From Candidatus Helarchaeota ASGARD archaeon Hel_GB_B (GTDB lineage: Archaea > Asgardarchaeota > Lokiarchaeia > Helarchaeales > HEL-GB-B), in NCBI GenBank assembly GCA_005191425.1, contig SUPR01000083.1:1-15072 (forward strand): a DNA stretch of 15,072 nt, given 5' to 3'. How positions within the stretch are numbered: the first letter of the stretch is position 1; each line of letters begins with the position of its first letter. The notes under the pieces are model-generated. The model did no database searches. It was given only the letters and a program-made list of their open reading frames with translations, and was not told the origin of the DNA. Shown one piece after another: positions 6,737 to 15,072 of the stretch. The translations under genes were made by a program, and so were the position numbers.

Positions 6737-8524
6737 TTAGGTTCTTTTAAACTTTTTTTCAATCTCATTTTTTGAAAAAGAAATAATTGTCGGTCTTCCA
6801 TGACAACAACTAAATGGATTTTGGCAAAAACTGAGTTCTTTCACCAAATTTATCGCTCTTTCATCTGATAAAACAGTATTTGCTTTTATAGCACCTTTAC
6901 ATGACAACAAATTTACAATTTTATTTCTTAAATCTTTTAAAGATAATTTTCCTTTAATATGGATAAGTTCGTCCAATAAATCTTTAATTTCGTCCATTGT
7001 TAATATTTTTTTAAAGATGATAGGGATTCCTTTAACTATAAAAGTTGTCCCCCCAAAATGTGAGATTTCAAACCCATAATCAGATAATAATGGAATTATT
7101 TTTTTAATATCGATTAATTCACCAGGTAATAAATCGATTTTAATAGGTGAAATTAATTTTTGAGTTCTAATTGGTTTAGAGCTATTTGCTTTTAATAATT
7201 GCTCTAATCTAATTCGCTCATGAGCGGCATGCTGGTCAATTAAATAAAAGTTTTCTTCATCTGAGAAAAGTAAATATGTTTTAAATAGTTGTCCAATATA
7301 TTCCATTGGAGGTAATTTTTTTGTTTTATCGGGTTTTGATATAAGATCGGGTTTTTGCTTATAATTACCTGTTATTTTGACATTATCTACTAATAACTTT
7401 TGTTTTTTCTGGTGCTTTAAAGTTGGAATAGTATTTTTATCAGTGTGTCGAATATTCTTTTTAAATTCACTTAATTCCAACTTATTTACAGGTTCTAATT
7501 TAATTTCTCTTACTTGTTTAATATTATCAAGTACATTTTTTACTGCAATTTGAACTACATCATAAATATCATCTTCATTAATAAACCGAACTTCCTTTTT
7601 TGTGGGGTGGATATTTACATCTACAAGTTTTGGATCAATAATTATATTTAAAATGGTAATTGGATATTTATTTCGCATCAATAAAGTCCTGTAAGCGTCA
7701 AGAATTGCATTCATTATTATTGGATTTTTGATCACTCTATTATTGACAATTATTGTGATATAATATTTACTTGCCCTAATTTCTTGTAAATTAGAGGTAT
7801 ATCCGGTAATTTTAATCCAGTCATTTTGAAAATCAATTTTTAACATATTTTTTGCAACGTCAACTCCGTAGCGCCTAGCGATGTTATCTAATAGTTTACC
7901 GGTACCTGGTAAATTTAGAATTTCTCGTCCATTATGAGTTAGCTTAAATGATATTGCAGGGTTTGCAAATGCAATTAACGAGACAGTTTCAATTATGTGT
8001 CCCAATTCAGTATTAAGAGATTTCAAATATTTTTTTCGGACAGGTACATTGTAGAACAGATTTTTTACACTTATGGAAGTACCTTCAGGACATCCAATTT
8101 CAGAAATCTTTAAAATTTTTCCACCGTTGATAGTTATTAAAGTACCCGTGGTAGAATTTTTAGTCCTTGTTTTCAGCTCAATGTTGGAGACGACTGCAAT
8201 ACTGGCGAGTGCCTCTCCTCTAAAGCCAAAAGTTCTTACCATCATTAAGTCATCAAAACTTCTAATTTTACTTGTAGAGTGGCTCTCAAAAGCTAGTTGA
8301 GCATTTTTTTTACTCATACCGTGTCCATTATCAATTACAGTAATTTCTTTAAGCCCGCCATCTAAAATTATAATTTCGATTTTTGTGGCTTTTGCATCTA
8401 TCGAATTTTCTATCAATTCTTTAACCACAGAAGCGGGTCGTTCTATTACTTCACCTGCAGCTATTTGGTTTATTAATTTTTCATCTAAAATTTTAATTTC
8501 TGGCTCTAAAACAGCATCGACCAT
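6737..8524 (-). CDS. mutL: DNA mismatch repair endonuclease MutL
   Basis: QIAAGEVIERPASVVKELIENSIDA, DNGHGM, TFGFRGEALASI, VDVNIHPTKKEVRF, endonuclease motif DQHAAHERIRLE, SCK, and CCHGRP. Confidence 0.98.
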   Translation of the reverse strand: MVDAVLEPEIKILDEKLINQIAAGEVIERPASVVKELIENSIDAKATKIEIIILDGGLKEITVIDNGHGMSKKNAQLAFESHSTSKIRSFDDLMMVRTFGFRGEALASIAVVSNIELKTRTKNSTTGTLITINGGKILKISEIGCPEGTSISVKNLFYNVPVRKKYLKSLNTELGHIIETVSLIAFANPAISFKLTHNGREILNLPGTGKLLDNIARRYGVDVAKNMLKIDFQNDWIKITGYTSNLQEIRASKYYITIIVNNRVIKNPIIMNAILDAYRTLLMRNKYPITILNIIIDPKLVDVNIHPTKKEVRFINEDDIYDVVQIAVKNVLDNIKQVREIKLEPVNKLELSEFKKNIRHTDKNTIPTLKHQKKQKLLVDNVKITGNYKQKPDLISKPDKTKKLPPMEYIGQLFKTYLLFSDEENFYLIDQHAAHERIRLEQLLKANSSKPIRTQKLISPIKIDLLPGELIDIKKIIPLLSDYGFEISHFGGTTFIVKGIPIIFKKILTMDEIKDLLDELIHIKGKLSLKDLRNKIVNLLSCKGAIKANTVLSDERAINLVKELSFCQNPFSCCHGRPTIISFSKNEIEKKFKRT

Positions 8525-8530
8525 TAATAT

Positions 8531-11188
8531 CTACTCCCAGTTCTTAATCTTTTTCTGGAGTTCGAATAATTTATTTAAAGCGTTAATTGGGGACATATTA
8601 TGAATATCCAAGTTTTTTAAATCTTCAATAATTTCTTTTTCATATTTGTGATGTATTTCCTTTTTATCTTCAATTTTAGGAGTAAAGGTTAATTGGACTA
8701 TTTTTTTTCGTTTATTCTTTTTTGGGGTGAAATTGTTTTCAGTCTGAACAGTAATTTCATGCCCGCTTTCTAAGGACTCGAGTATTTCGGAAGCTCGCAT
8801 AATAACTTTATGAGGAAGTCCAGCTAACTTTGCTACTTCTATTCCGTAGGACTTATCGCAACCTCCAGGAGTAATTTGATAGAGAAAAATGATGTCGTTA
8901 TCTTTTCTCTTTACCAAAATATTATAATTTTTGATATTATCAAAATATTTAGTTAATTCATTTAATTGATGGTAATGAGTGGCGAACAATGTCCTAGCTC
9001 CAATAGTTTTTACAATATATTCTACTACTGCCCATGCAATACTCAGTCCATCAAATGTAGCGGTTCCCCTACCAATTTCATCCAGAATAATTAGACTGTT
9101 TTTTGTTGCATTATTCAAAATATTTGCGGTTTCGTTCATTTCGACTAAAAATGTCGATTGCTGTAATACTATATTGTCATATGCACCTACACGAACAAAA
9201 ATTTGGTCTACAATTCCAATTTCAGCTTTTTCAGCCGGAATAAAAGACCCCATTTGTGCCAATATAACAATTTGAGCAACTTGCCTTAAATAAGTAGATT
9301 TTCCAGCCATATTAGGGCCAGTTATAATTAATAATTGGTTCTGATTATCATCTATTAATACATCATTTGGAATGAATTTATTACCCAGTATAACATCGAG
9401 GACGGGGTGTCTACCATTTTTAATCCAAATTTTATATGAATTATTTACTTCTGGTTTAATATAATTATATAAAACTGCTACTTCAGCAAGAGAGGTATAA
9501 ATATCAATTTCGGAAATTAAATCTGAAATGGCTTGGATGGGTAGAATGTATTTTTTTATTTCCCCCAAAATCTTTAAAAATAGTTCATATTCAAGCTCAT
9601 TGACTTGTTCTTCAGCATTAAGTATTTTTTCCTCCCAAGATTTTAGTTCCTCAGTAAAAAATCGTTCTGAATTAACTAAAGTTTGTTTTTTAATATAATT
9701 TTTAGGTACCAAATGTAAATTTGGTTTGGTAACTTCTATAAAATATCCAAAAATTTTATTATATTTTACCTTGAGAGATTTTATTCCAGTCCTTATTCTT
9801 TCATTATTTTCCAATTTAATTAAAAAGTTTTTACCTTCGTCCTTTATTTTTATAAGTTCATCTAATTTACTGTTATATCCTCTCTTAATAATTCCACCAT
9901 CATGTAGGGTATTAGATGGGTCATCTTTTATAGATTTCCTGATTAATTCGGCGACCTCTAATACTTTTTCAATTAGGTCATTATTAAAAAAGTCCTTTAG
10001 TTCCTCAGTTTTTTCACTTAATATCTTATCAATTTCAGGGACTTTTTCAATTGAATTCCTTAAAGAAATTAAATCTTTGGCATTGGCAGATCCATGACTT
10101 ATTTTTCCTATAAGTCGTTCAATATCAGAGATTTCTTTTAAACACGTCCTAATATCTTGTCTTAATATTAAATCTTCTTTAAAAATTTCAATCATTAACT
10201 GTCTATATTTAATCATGTTAATATCTAGTAGAGGTTGTTTTAACCAACGTTTTAATTTTCTACTCCCCATTGGAGTTATTGTTTTATTTAAAATAGAGAG
10301 TAAAGTCCCCTCAGTAGTATCGTTCATTATGTTTCTAACTAGTTCTAAATTTCTTTGTGATGCAGCATCAATTACTAAAAAATCTTCCTGGTTATAAATA
10401 CTGAATTTCTTGATATTATTTTCTTTCAATTTTTGAATTTCTTGTAGATATAGAATAATAGCGCCAGCACTCTTGATTATTAACGGTTTATCTTCACACC
10501 CAAATCCGTGTAGGTTTAACAGACCAAAATGTTCCAAAAGAGCATTTCTTGCATTTTCTAGATCAAATATATAATCTTCTCGTGGATATATAGTCATTGA
10601 AGTATATTTTTTTAATTTATTTATTAATTCTTCATCTTTATTTATCGATTGAGGGAGGATACATTCTGTAGGATTAAAACGGACTATTTCGGATATCAAT
10701 TTTCCAATCGAGTCCTCTTCTGTATCGCCTTTTACCATTGTACCAAAAAATTCACCAGTTGAAACATCTACAAAAGCCAATCCGAACACTAATTTAGACC
10801 GTGTTATTGCTATTAGATAGTTATTCTCTTGGTCGTCTAGCATCATTAGGTCAGTTATTGTGCCAGGTGTGATCACTTTAGTGACTTCTCTTTGCACTAC
10901 TGGGCCGGATTTTTTACTTGCATCTTCTATTTGGTCACAAATAGCTACTTTGTGCCCATTATCGATCAACATTTTTATATATTTATTAACACTATGATAA
11001 GGCACACCGCTCATTGGTACCTTTAAACTCCCATAATCTTTAGCTGTCAGTACAATCTTGCAACTTTCTGCTAATATTTTTGCATCTTCGTTATAACATT
11101 CATAAAAATCGCCGACTCTAAATAATAATACTGAGTCGTTGTATTCCTTCTTAATAGCTTCATATTGTCTTAACATTGGAGTACTCAT
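8531..11188 (-). CDS. mutS: DNA mismatch repair protein MutS (MutS1)
   Basis: TPMLRQY N-terminus, mismatch-binding GDFYE, REVTKVITPGT, Walker A GPNMAGKST, Walker B ILDEIGRGT, FATHY, SYGIEVAKLAG. The start is placed at ATG 11188 (MSTPM), matching the conserved MutS N-terminus, rather than 11245 from the ORF track. Confidence 0.98.
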   Translation of the reverse strand: MSTPMLRQYEAIKKEYNDSVLLFRVGDFYECYNEDAKILAESCKIVLTAKDYGSLKVPMSGVPYHSVNKYIKMLIDNGHKVAICDQIEDASKKSGPVVQREVTKVITPGTITDLMMLDDQENNYLIAITRSKLVFGLAFVDVSTGEFFGTMVKGDTEEDSIGKLISEIVRFNPTECILPQSINKDEELINKLKKYTSMTIYPREDYIFDLENARNALLEHFGLLNLHGFGCEDKPLIIKSAGAIILYLQEIQKLKENNIKKFSIYNQEDFLVIDAASQRNLELVRNIMNDTTEGTLLSILNKTITPMGSRKLKRWLKQPLLDINMIKYRQLMIEIFKEDLILRQDIRTCLKEISDIERLIGKISHGSANAKDLISLRNSIEKVPEIDKILSEKTEELKDFFNNDLIEKVLEVAELIRKSIKDDPSNTLHDGGIIKRGYNSKLDELIKIKDEGKNFLIKLENNERIRTGIKSLKVKYNKIFGYFIEVTKPNLHLVPKNYIKKQTLVNSERFFTEELKSWEEKILNAEEQVNELEYELFLKILGEIKKYILPIQAISDLISEIDIYTSLAEVAVLYNYIKPEVNNSYKIWIKNGRHPVLDVILGNKFIPNDVLIDDNQNQLLIITGPNMAGKSTYLRQVAQIVILAQMGSFIPAEKAEIGIVDQIFVRVGAYDNIVLQQSTFLVEMNETANILNNATKNSLIILDEIGRGTATFDGLSIAWAVVEYIVKTIGARTLFATHYHQLNELTKYFDNIKNYNILVKRKDNDIIFLYQITPGGCDKSYGIEVAKLAGLPHKVIMRASEILESLESGHEITVQTENNFTPKKNKRKKIVQLTFTPKIEDKKEIHHKYEKEIIEDLKNLDIHNMSPINALNKLFELQKKIKNWE

Positions 11189-11307
11189 AAAAAGTGCACT
11201 TTCATCAAAAATTAAGAGTAAATATCTAAATATGATTTTATACAAGTGTATTAAATTATTTTCTTAAAATAAAAAAGTATAGACATTATGTCGAAAATTA
11301 AGATGTA

Positions 11308-12732
11308 TCAAGATTTAATATTTTCAACGATTTTTCTAACGATTTTTGTAGCAAGCTCTTTTAATGATAGACTTATATACCCGTTTATATAAAAGCTATC
11401 GAGTAATTCTTTATCTTCAACTCTAATTTTGCCATCAGGCATATTAACTACATCAATTTCTAAATCAACATATCGAATAGTATTTTGGTACATTTCAATA
11501 GGAGTATTTATATTATAATAAATGCCTTTTACTTCATTTTTTCTGTTAAAATATGTGGTTTTATAATAATATTCTCCTAATTTCATTTCGGTTTTTCCAT
11601 AATCTCCTTGTTCAATTGGTACTCGAAGTCCATCATAAATTTTATTTGTATTGCCCTTAAAATATCGCGTAATTGTAAAGCTATTTTCGTCTTCATTAAT
11701 TTCAGAGATTAGTCCAGGAGTTAAATGAAAAATACGTCCGTCTAACTTAACGTGGTCTATTGAAACTTTACCTTTTTTAAGTAAATTATTACTTAGGAAC
11801 TCTTCAAATACATTTTTAATGTTTTCTTTATTGTCAGCACTTCTTTTAAGTAATAATTCAGCGAAATCGACTAAATTTGAGAATTCGTTGCCCATCGATT
11901 TAATAAAATGATGTTTCGGGATTGTATCTAGAACAGTATCGCGTATTTCGTCTAATTTTTCTTTTGATGAATACGGAAATTCAATATAAAAGCCAGGTAA
12001 TCCTTTATAAAGGAGAATTTCCGCTTCATTATCTTTTTTATTTAATATATCCTCCAATATTTTATTTAATTCAATTAATTCTTCCTCTAATTCCTCTCTT
12101 TTCGCGTGTTCAGCACTTGTCCGCCACAGTATGTTCCAATTATCAGAAATTAAACTGAAATTTTTTGAAATTTCAAGTAATTCAGTCCTTTTATTAATAT
12201 CTAAGATTTTTCTTGAAATTCTTGGCATATTTGATTCGATTAAAATTATATGGTCTCCTGCTATTGTAATATTTGGTGATAATCTGGCTCTTATATAGCT
12301 AAAATTCGGGAATTTAACTGAAACTACTAAGGTATCCCCTACTTTATGTATATTATTGTCCAATACTCCTTGAAAATTTCCTTTTGGGAGATTAAACTCT
12401 AAAATAGCACTCCTTGTTTCATGATATACCTTAATCACTTTTCCTCTACAAATAGAATTCCAACCCGAATCAGATTCTCGGATGATAGAATCTTCGAATT
12501 CATTCCTTAAAATTTCTTTTACTATCTTCAGTCCTTTTTCTTTACCTAAAACGACCACTCCTTGCCGGTCATTTATATTATCAAATATCTCTATGTCCGG
12601 AACTTCATAATTTGATTCCAATTCAAAACGCGATTTTATTATATTAGTCGGATATGTTATCCGTAAATTATTTTCTAGCATTATTTTTGTTAATGCTGTG
12701 GAATATATTCCTCTAATCTTTACATTCAACAT
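11308..12732 (-). CDS. fau-1: Probable ribonuclease FAU-1 (RNase E/G-like N-terminal region plus C-terminal DUF402)
   Basis: Characteristic N-terminus VKIRGIYSTALTK, WRTSAE, and DUF402 motifs YYNINTPIE and YVDLEIDVV. Confidence 0.88.
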   Translation of the reverse strand: MLNVKIRGIYSTALTKIMLENNLRITYPTNIIKSRFELESNYEVPDIEIFDNINDRQGVVVLGKEKGLKIVKEILRNEFEDSIIRESDSGWNSICRGKVIKVYHETRSAILEFNLPKGNFQGVLDNNIHKVGDTLVVSVKFPNFSYIRARLSPNITIAGDHIILIESNMPRISRKILDINKRTELLEISKNFSLISDNWNILWRTSAEHAKREELEEELIELNKILEDILNKKDNEAEILLYKGLPGFYIEFPYSSKEKLDEIRDTVLDTIPKHHFIKSMGNEFSNLVDFAELLLKRSADNKENIKNVFEEFLSNNLLKKGKVSIDHVKLDGRIFHLTPGLISEINEDENSFTITRYFKGNTNKIYDGLRVPIEQGDYGKTEMKLGEYYYKTTYFNRKNEVKGIYYNINTPIEMYQNTIRYVDLEIDVVNMPDGKIRVEDKELLDSFYINGYISLSLKELATKIVRKIVENIKS

Positions 12733-12825
12733 ATTTAAACACTTTTTTATATTCTTTTTAATTATGATTAAATAAGATATTTAATATTGTTTTTAATTGT
12801 AATGTGGTTTATTTAGTGAATTTAT

Positions 12826-13197
12826 ATGTCTGAACCCAGTAAGAAATTGGACCAAAATAATATCAAAAGGATGGCAGAACTCCTTAAAGACGGAAATACT
12901 ATGCTGGATCTCATCTGTCCTAAGTGTGGGTCTCCTTTATTTAGATTAAAAAATCAAGATATTTATTGCGGCAATTGTCAGAGAAAAGTTGTATTACTTA
13001 AAGATGATCAAGAACTTGATACTTATAATAAGATGTCTCTATTGTCAGAGACCAATGATATCCTCTATTCTAAAGTTATGACAGTAACTAATTTAATAAA
13101 AAGTGAAACAGACCTTGATGAGCAATCTAGACTTATCAAATTACTTTATAATTACCTTTTAACTATTGAAAAATTGAACTCTATTAAAAAAATTTAA
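12826..13197 (+). CDS. UPF0148 / SSSCA1-family zinc-ribbon protein
   Basis: MAELLKDGNTMLDLICPKCGSPLF...IYCGNC with two CxxC motifs and a helical C-terminus. Confidence 0.88.
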   Translation: MSEPSKKLDQNNIKRMAELLKDGNTMLDLICPKCGSPLFRLKNQDIYCGNCQRKVVLLKDDQELDTYNKMSLLSETNDILYSKVMTVTNLIKSETDLDEQSRLIKLLYNYLLTIEKLNSIKKI

Positions 13198-13268
13198 ATT
13201 AGGTAGTATGTTTTATTAATTTCCATATCATTAAAATATGGGCCTAATTTTTATTGAAATAGATAATT

Positions 13269-14087
13269 ATGTCGTCTGTACTTGATCAGTTTAAATTATT
13301 TATTTTTGACCTTGATGGAGTGGTATATGAAGGAAAAAAGGTCATAAAAGGTGCTACCGATGTCCTAGCGGCATTAAACAAAAAGAATAAAATAATTTAC
13401 GCCCTTACAAACAATTCTACATTAACTAGAGAAATGTACCATGATAAACTCCTAAAAATTGGTATTAAATTAGATGTTGAAAATATTATGACCAGTGCAT
13501 ATGCTTCAGCATACTACCTCTCACAAAATTTTGGGAGCAACAAAAATGCCTATGTAATCGGTGAGGTCGGACTATTAGAAGAGCTGGAAAAAGTAGATAT
13601 TTTCCCCGTAAATAAATATAGTCAAAATGAATTACCTGAGACCGTAGATTTTGTTGTGGTCGGACTTGATAGGGAACTACATTATAATAAATTAGCTTTT
13701 GCTCTTAATTACATTTTGAAGGGCGCCATGTTTATTGCATCTAATGACGACCCAAATTTACCGTCTGATAATGGAATACTACCAGGTGCAGGGTCTATGG
13801 TGTCAGCTTTAACCACTTGCTCTGGAAAAAAGCCATATATTACTATCGGCAAACCAAACCCAATAACTATTAATCAAATCCTTAATAAAGAACAAGTTTC
13901 ACCGGGTAATACAGTAATTATTGGAGATAGATTTACTACAGACATTTCTGCCGGATTAAATGCAGGGATTAAAACAATTATGGTATTAACTGGTGCTGGA
14001 AAATCGGAATTAAATCTTGCATTGAACGCACCTCAAAAACCACATATGATTGTCGACTCAATTAATGATTTATTAAAAATTATTTAG
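13269..14087 (+). CDS. HAD-superfamily subfamily IIA (NagD-like) phosphatase
   Basis: Motif I FDLDGVVY, motif II TNNS, motif III IGKP, motif IV IGDRFTTDISAG. Confidence 0.93.
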   Translation: MSSVLDQFKLFIFDLDGVVYEGKKVIKGATDVLAALNKKNKIIYALTNNSTLTREMYHDKLLKIGIKLDVENIMTSAYASAYYLSQNFGSNKNAYVIGEVGLLEELEKVDIFPVNKYSQNELPETVDFVVVGLDRELHYNKLAFALNYILKGAMFIASNDDPNLPSDNGILPGAGSMVSALTTCSGKKPYITIGKPNPITINQILNKEQVSPGNTVIIGDRFTTDISAGLNAGIKTIMVLTGAGKSELNLALNAPQKPHMIVDSINDLLKII

Positions 14088-14255
14088 ACCATAAACTATT
14101 ATTTGGACGACCAAAACTTTATTTTAATTTCAAATTTTATTACTGGTTTTATAGTTTTAATTGACTAATTTTAATGTCCATGGTATTAATTTGTATTTTT
14201 TAATAACTCTTAGATAAAACAATATTTATTTTAAACCAATAACATTGAACTAATT

Positions 14256-15072
14256 ATGGAACTACCAAATATTCAGCATAAAATGAAGGATAAAAACTTT
14301 GTTAATAAGATTATTAAATACATAAAAATGAATTCGCATAATAGAGAAATCAAAATGACACATGTCTGCGGAACACATGAACAAGTAATAAATTCATCTG
14401 GAATCAGGTCTATTTTACCAAAAAATATTGGTTTAATTTCTGGGCCAGGTTGTCCAGTTTGTGTCTGCCCATCTCATGATATTGACGAAGCTATTTATTT
14501 AGCCCAAAAAGGTGTTACTATCACTACTTTTGGAGATATGATAAGAGTACCATCTACTACTTCGTCCCTTGAAAAAGAAAAAGCAAAAGGTGGGGATATA
14601 AGGACAGTTTATGGCCCTAATGAAGCTATTGAAATTGCTAAAGATAACCCAAACAAGGAAATAGTATTTTTTGCGGTTGGATTTGAAACAACAGCCCCAA
14701 GTATCGCTAGAGAAATTTTGGCAGGCCCACCACCAAATTTTAGTGTTTTATGTTCACTCCGTACTATTCCACCAGTTATGGAACTTCTACTTGGACTTGG
14801 AGACCTTGAAATTGATGGTTTTATTTGTCCTGGACATGTGGCTACAATCATTGGAATTAAGCCATTTGACCAATTTTCAAAAGCTTACCGTATGCCTACA
14901 ATTATTACCGGATTTGAACCTTTAGATATTTTGATATCTATCGCATACTTTATTAAACAATTAAACGATAAAGATTTTCACGCTGAAAATGAATATGATA
15001 GAGTAGTCAAGCCTGAGGGGAATGTAAAAGCTCAAAAAATGATGGAAGATGCATTTGATATAGTAATTAAAC
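14256..15072 (+). CDS. hypD: [NiFe]-hydrogenase maturation protein HypD (runs off the window end, 3' partial)
   Basis: Manual translation from ATG 14256 (MELPNIQHK...) is open to the window end and contains HVCGTHE, SGPGCPVC, TFGDMIRVP, AVGFETTAP, PGHVA, TGFEP and ENEYDRVV. Confidence 0.96.
   Translation, partial: MELPNIQHKMKDKNFVNKIIKYIKMNSHNREIKMTHVCGTHEQVINSSGIRSILPKNIGLISGPGCPVCVCPSHDIDEAIYLAQKGVTITTFGDMIRVPSTTSSLEKEKAKGGDIRTVYGPNEAIEIAKDNPNKEIVFFAVGFETTAPSIAREILAGPPPNFSVLCSLRTIPPVMELLLGLGDLEIDGFICPGHVATIIGIKPFDQFSKAYRMPTIITGFEPLDILISIAYFIKQLNDKDFHAENEYDRVVKPEGNVKAQKMMEDAFDIVIK

Noticed and set aside
8073-10397. + strand ORFs 8073-8300, 8385-8603, 8979-9275, 9726-10097 and 10215-10397
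   Set aside because: Antisense shadows of mutL and mutS.
11191-11202. Perfect 12-bp palindrome AAAGTGCACTTT just upstream of the mutS ATG (operator?)
   Set aside because: Several palindromes of this length are expected by chance in 15 kb of AT-rich DNA, and no second copy was noticed.
11189-11245. 19-aa N-terminal extension of MutS in the ORF track
   Set aside because: The conserved MutS N-terminus starts at MSTPMLRQY, so ATG 11188 is more likely.
11922-12158. + strand 78-aa ORF
   Set aside because: Antisense to fau-1.
12826-13197. UPF0148/SSSCA1 protein as a eukaryotic-signature novelty
   Set aside because: The family is widespread across archaea, so it is ordinary.
14609-14925. ORFs 14609-14851 (-) and 14671-14925 (+)
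   Set aside because: Antisense and out-of-frame overlaps within hypD.
1-15072. CRISPR array, rRNA or IS element
   Set aside because: No regularly spaced repeats, rRNA-like GC-rich segment, transposase motif or terminal inverted repeats were found.

Overview
AT-rich (roughly 30% GC by eye) archaeal chromosomal window. The archaeal call rests on PolD DP1, FAU-1, UPF0148 and BHB-type tRNA introns. An Asgard-like lineage is only an inference from low GC plus bacterial-type MutS1/MutL. Gene order: DP1 (+), glycerate 2-kinase (-), 2-TM hypothetical protein (+), tRNA-Ser(CGA) (+), MoxR-like AAA+ ATPase and vWA partner (+), tRNA-Leu(CAG) (-), mutL (-), mutS (-), fau-1 (-), UPF0148 Zn-ribbon protein (+), HAD-IIA phosphatase (+), and a 3'-truncated hypD (+) that is missing from the ORF track. 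The main signal is that both tRNA genes are heavily fragmented by bulge-helix-bulge introns: five introns in two genes, four at non-canonical sites (D-loop 20/21, two in long variable arms, T-loop 59/60). All five could be delimited by hand. One intron matches the predicted circularisation junction of another. Second signal: DP1 has lost the conserved Asn of its GNHD exonuclease motif (it reads GGAHD) and lies about 5 kb from an intact mutS-mutL pair. No mobile element, CRISPR array or rRNA was seen.
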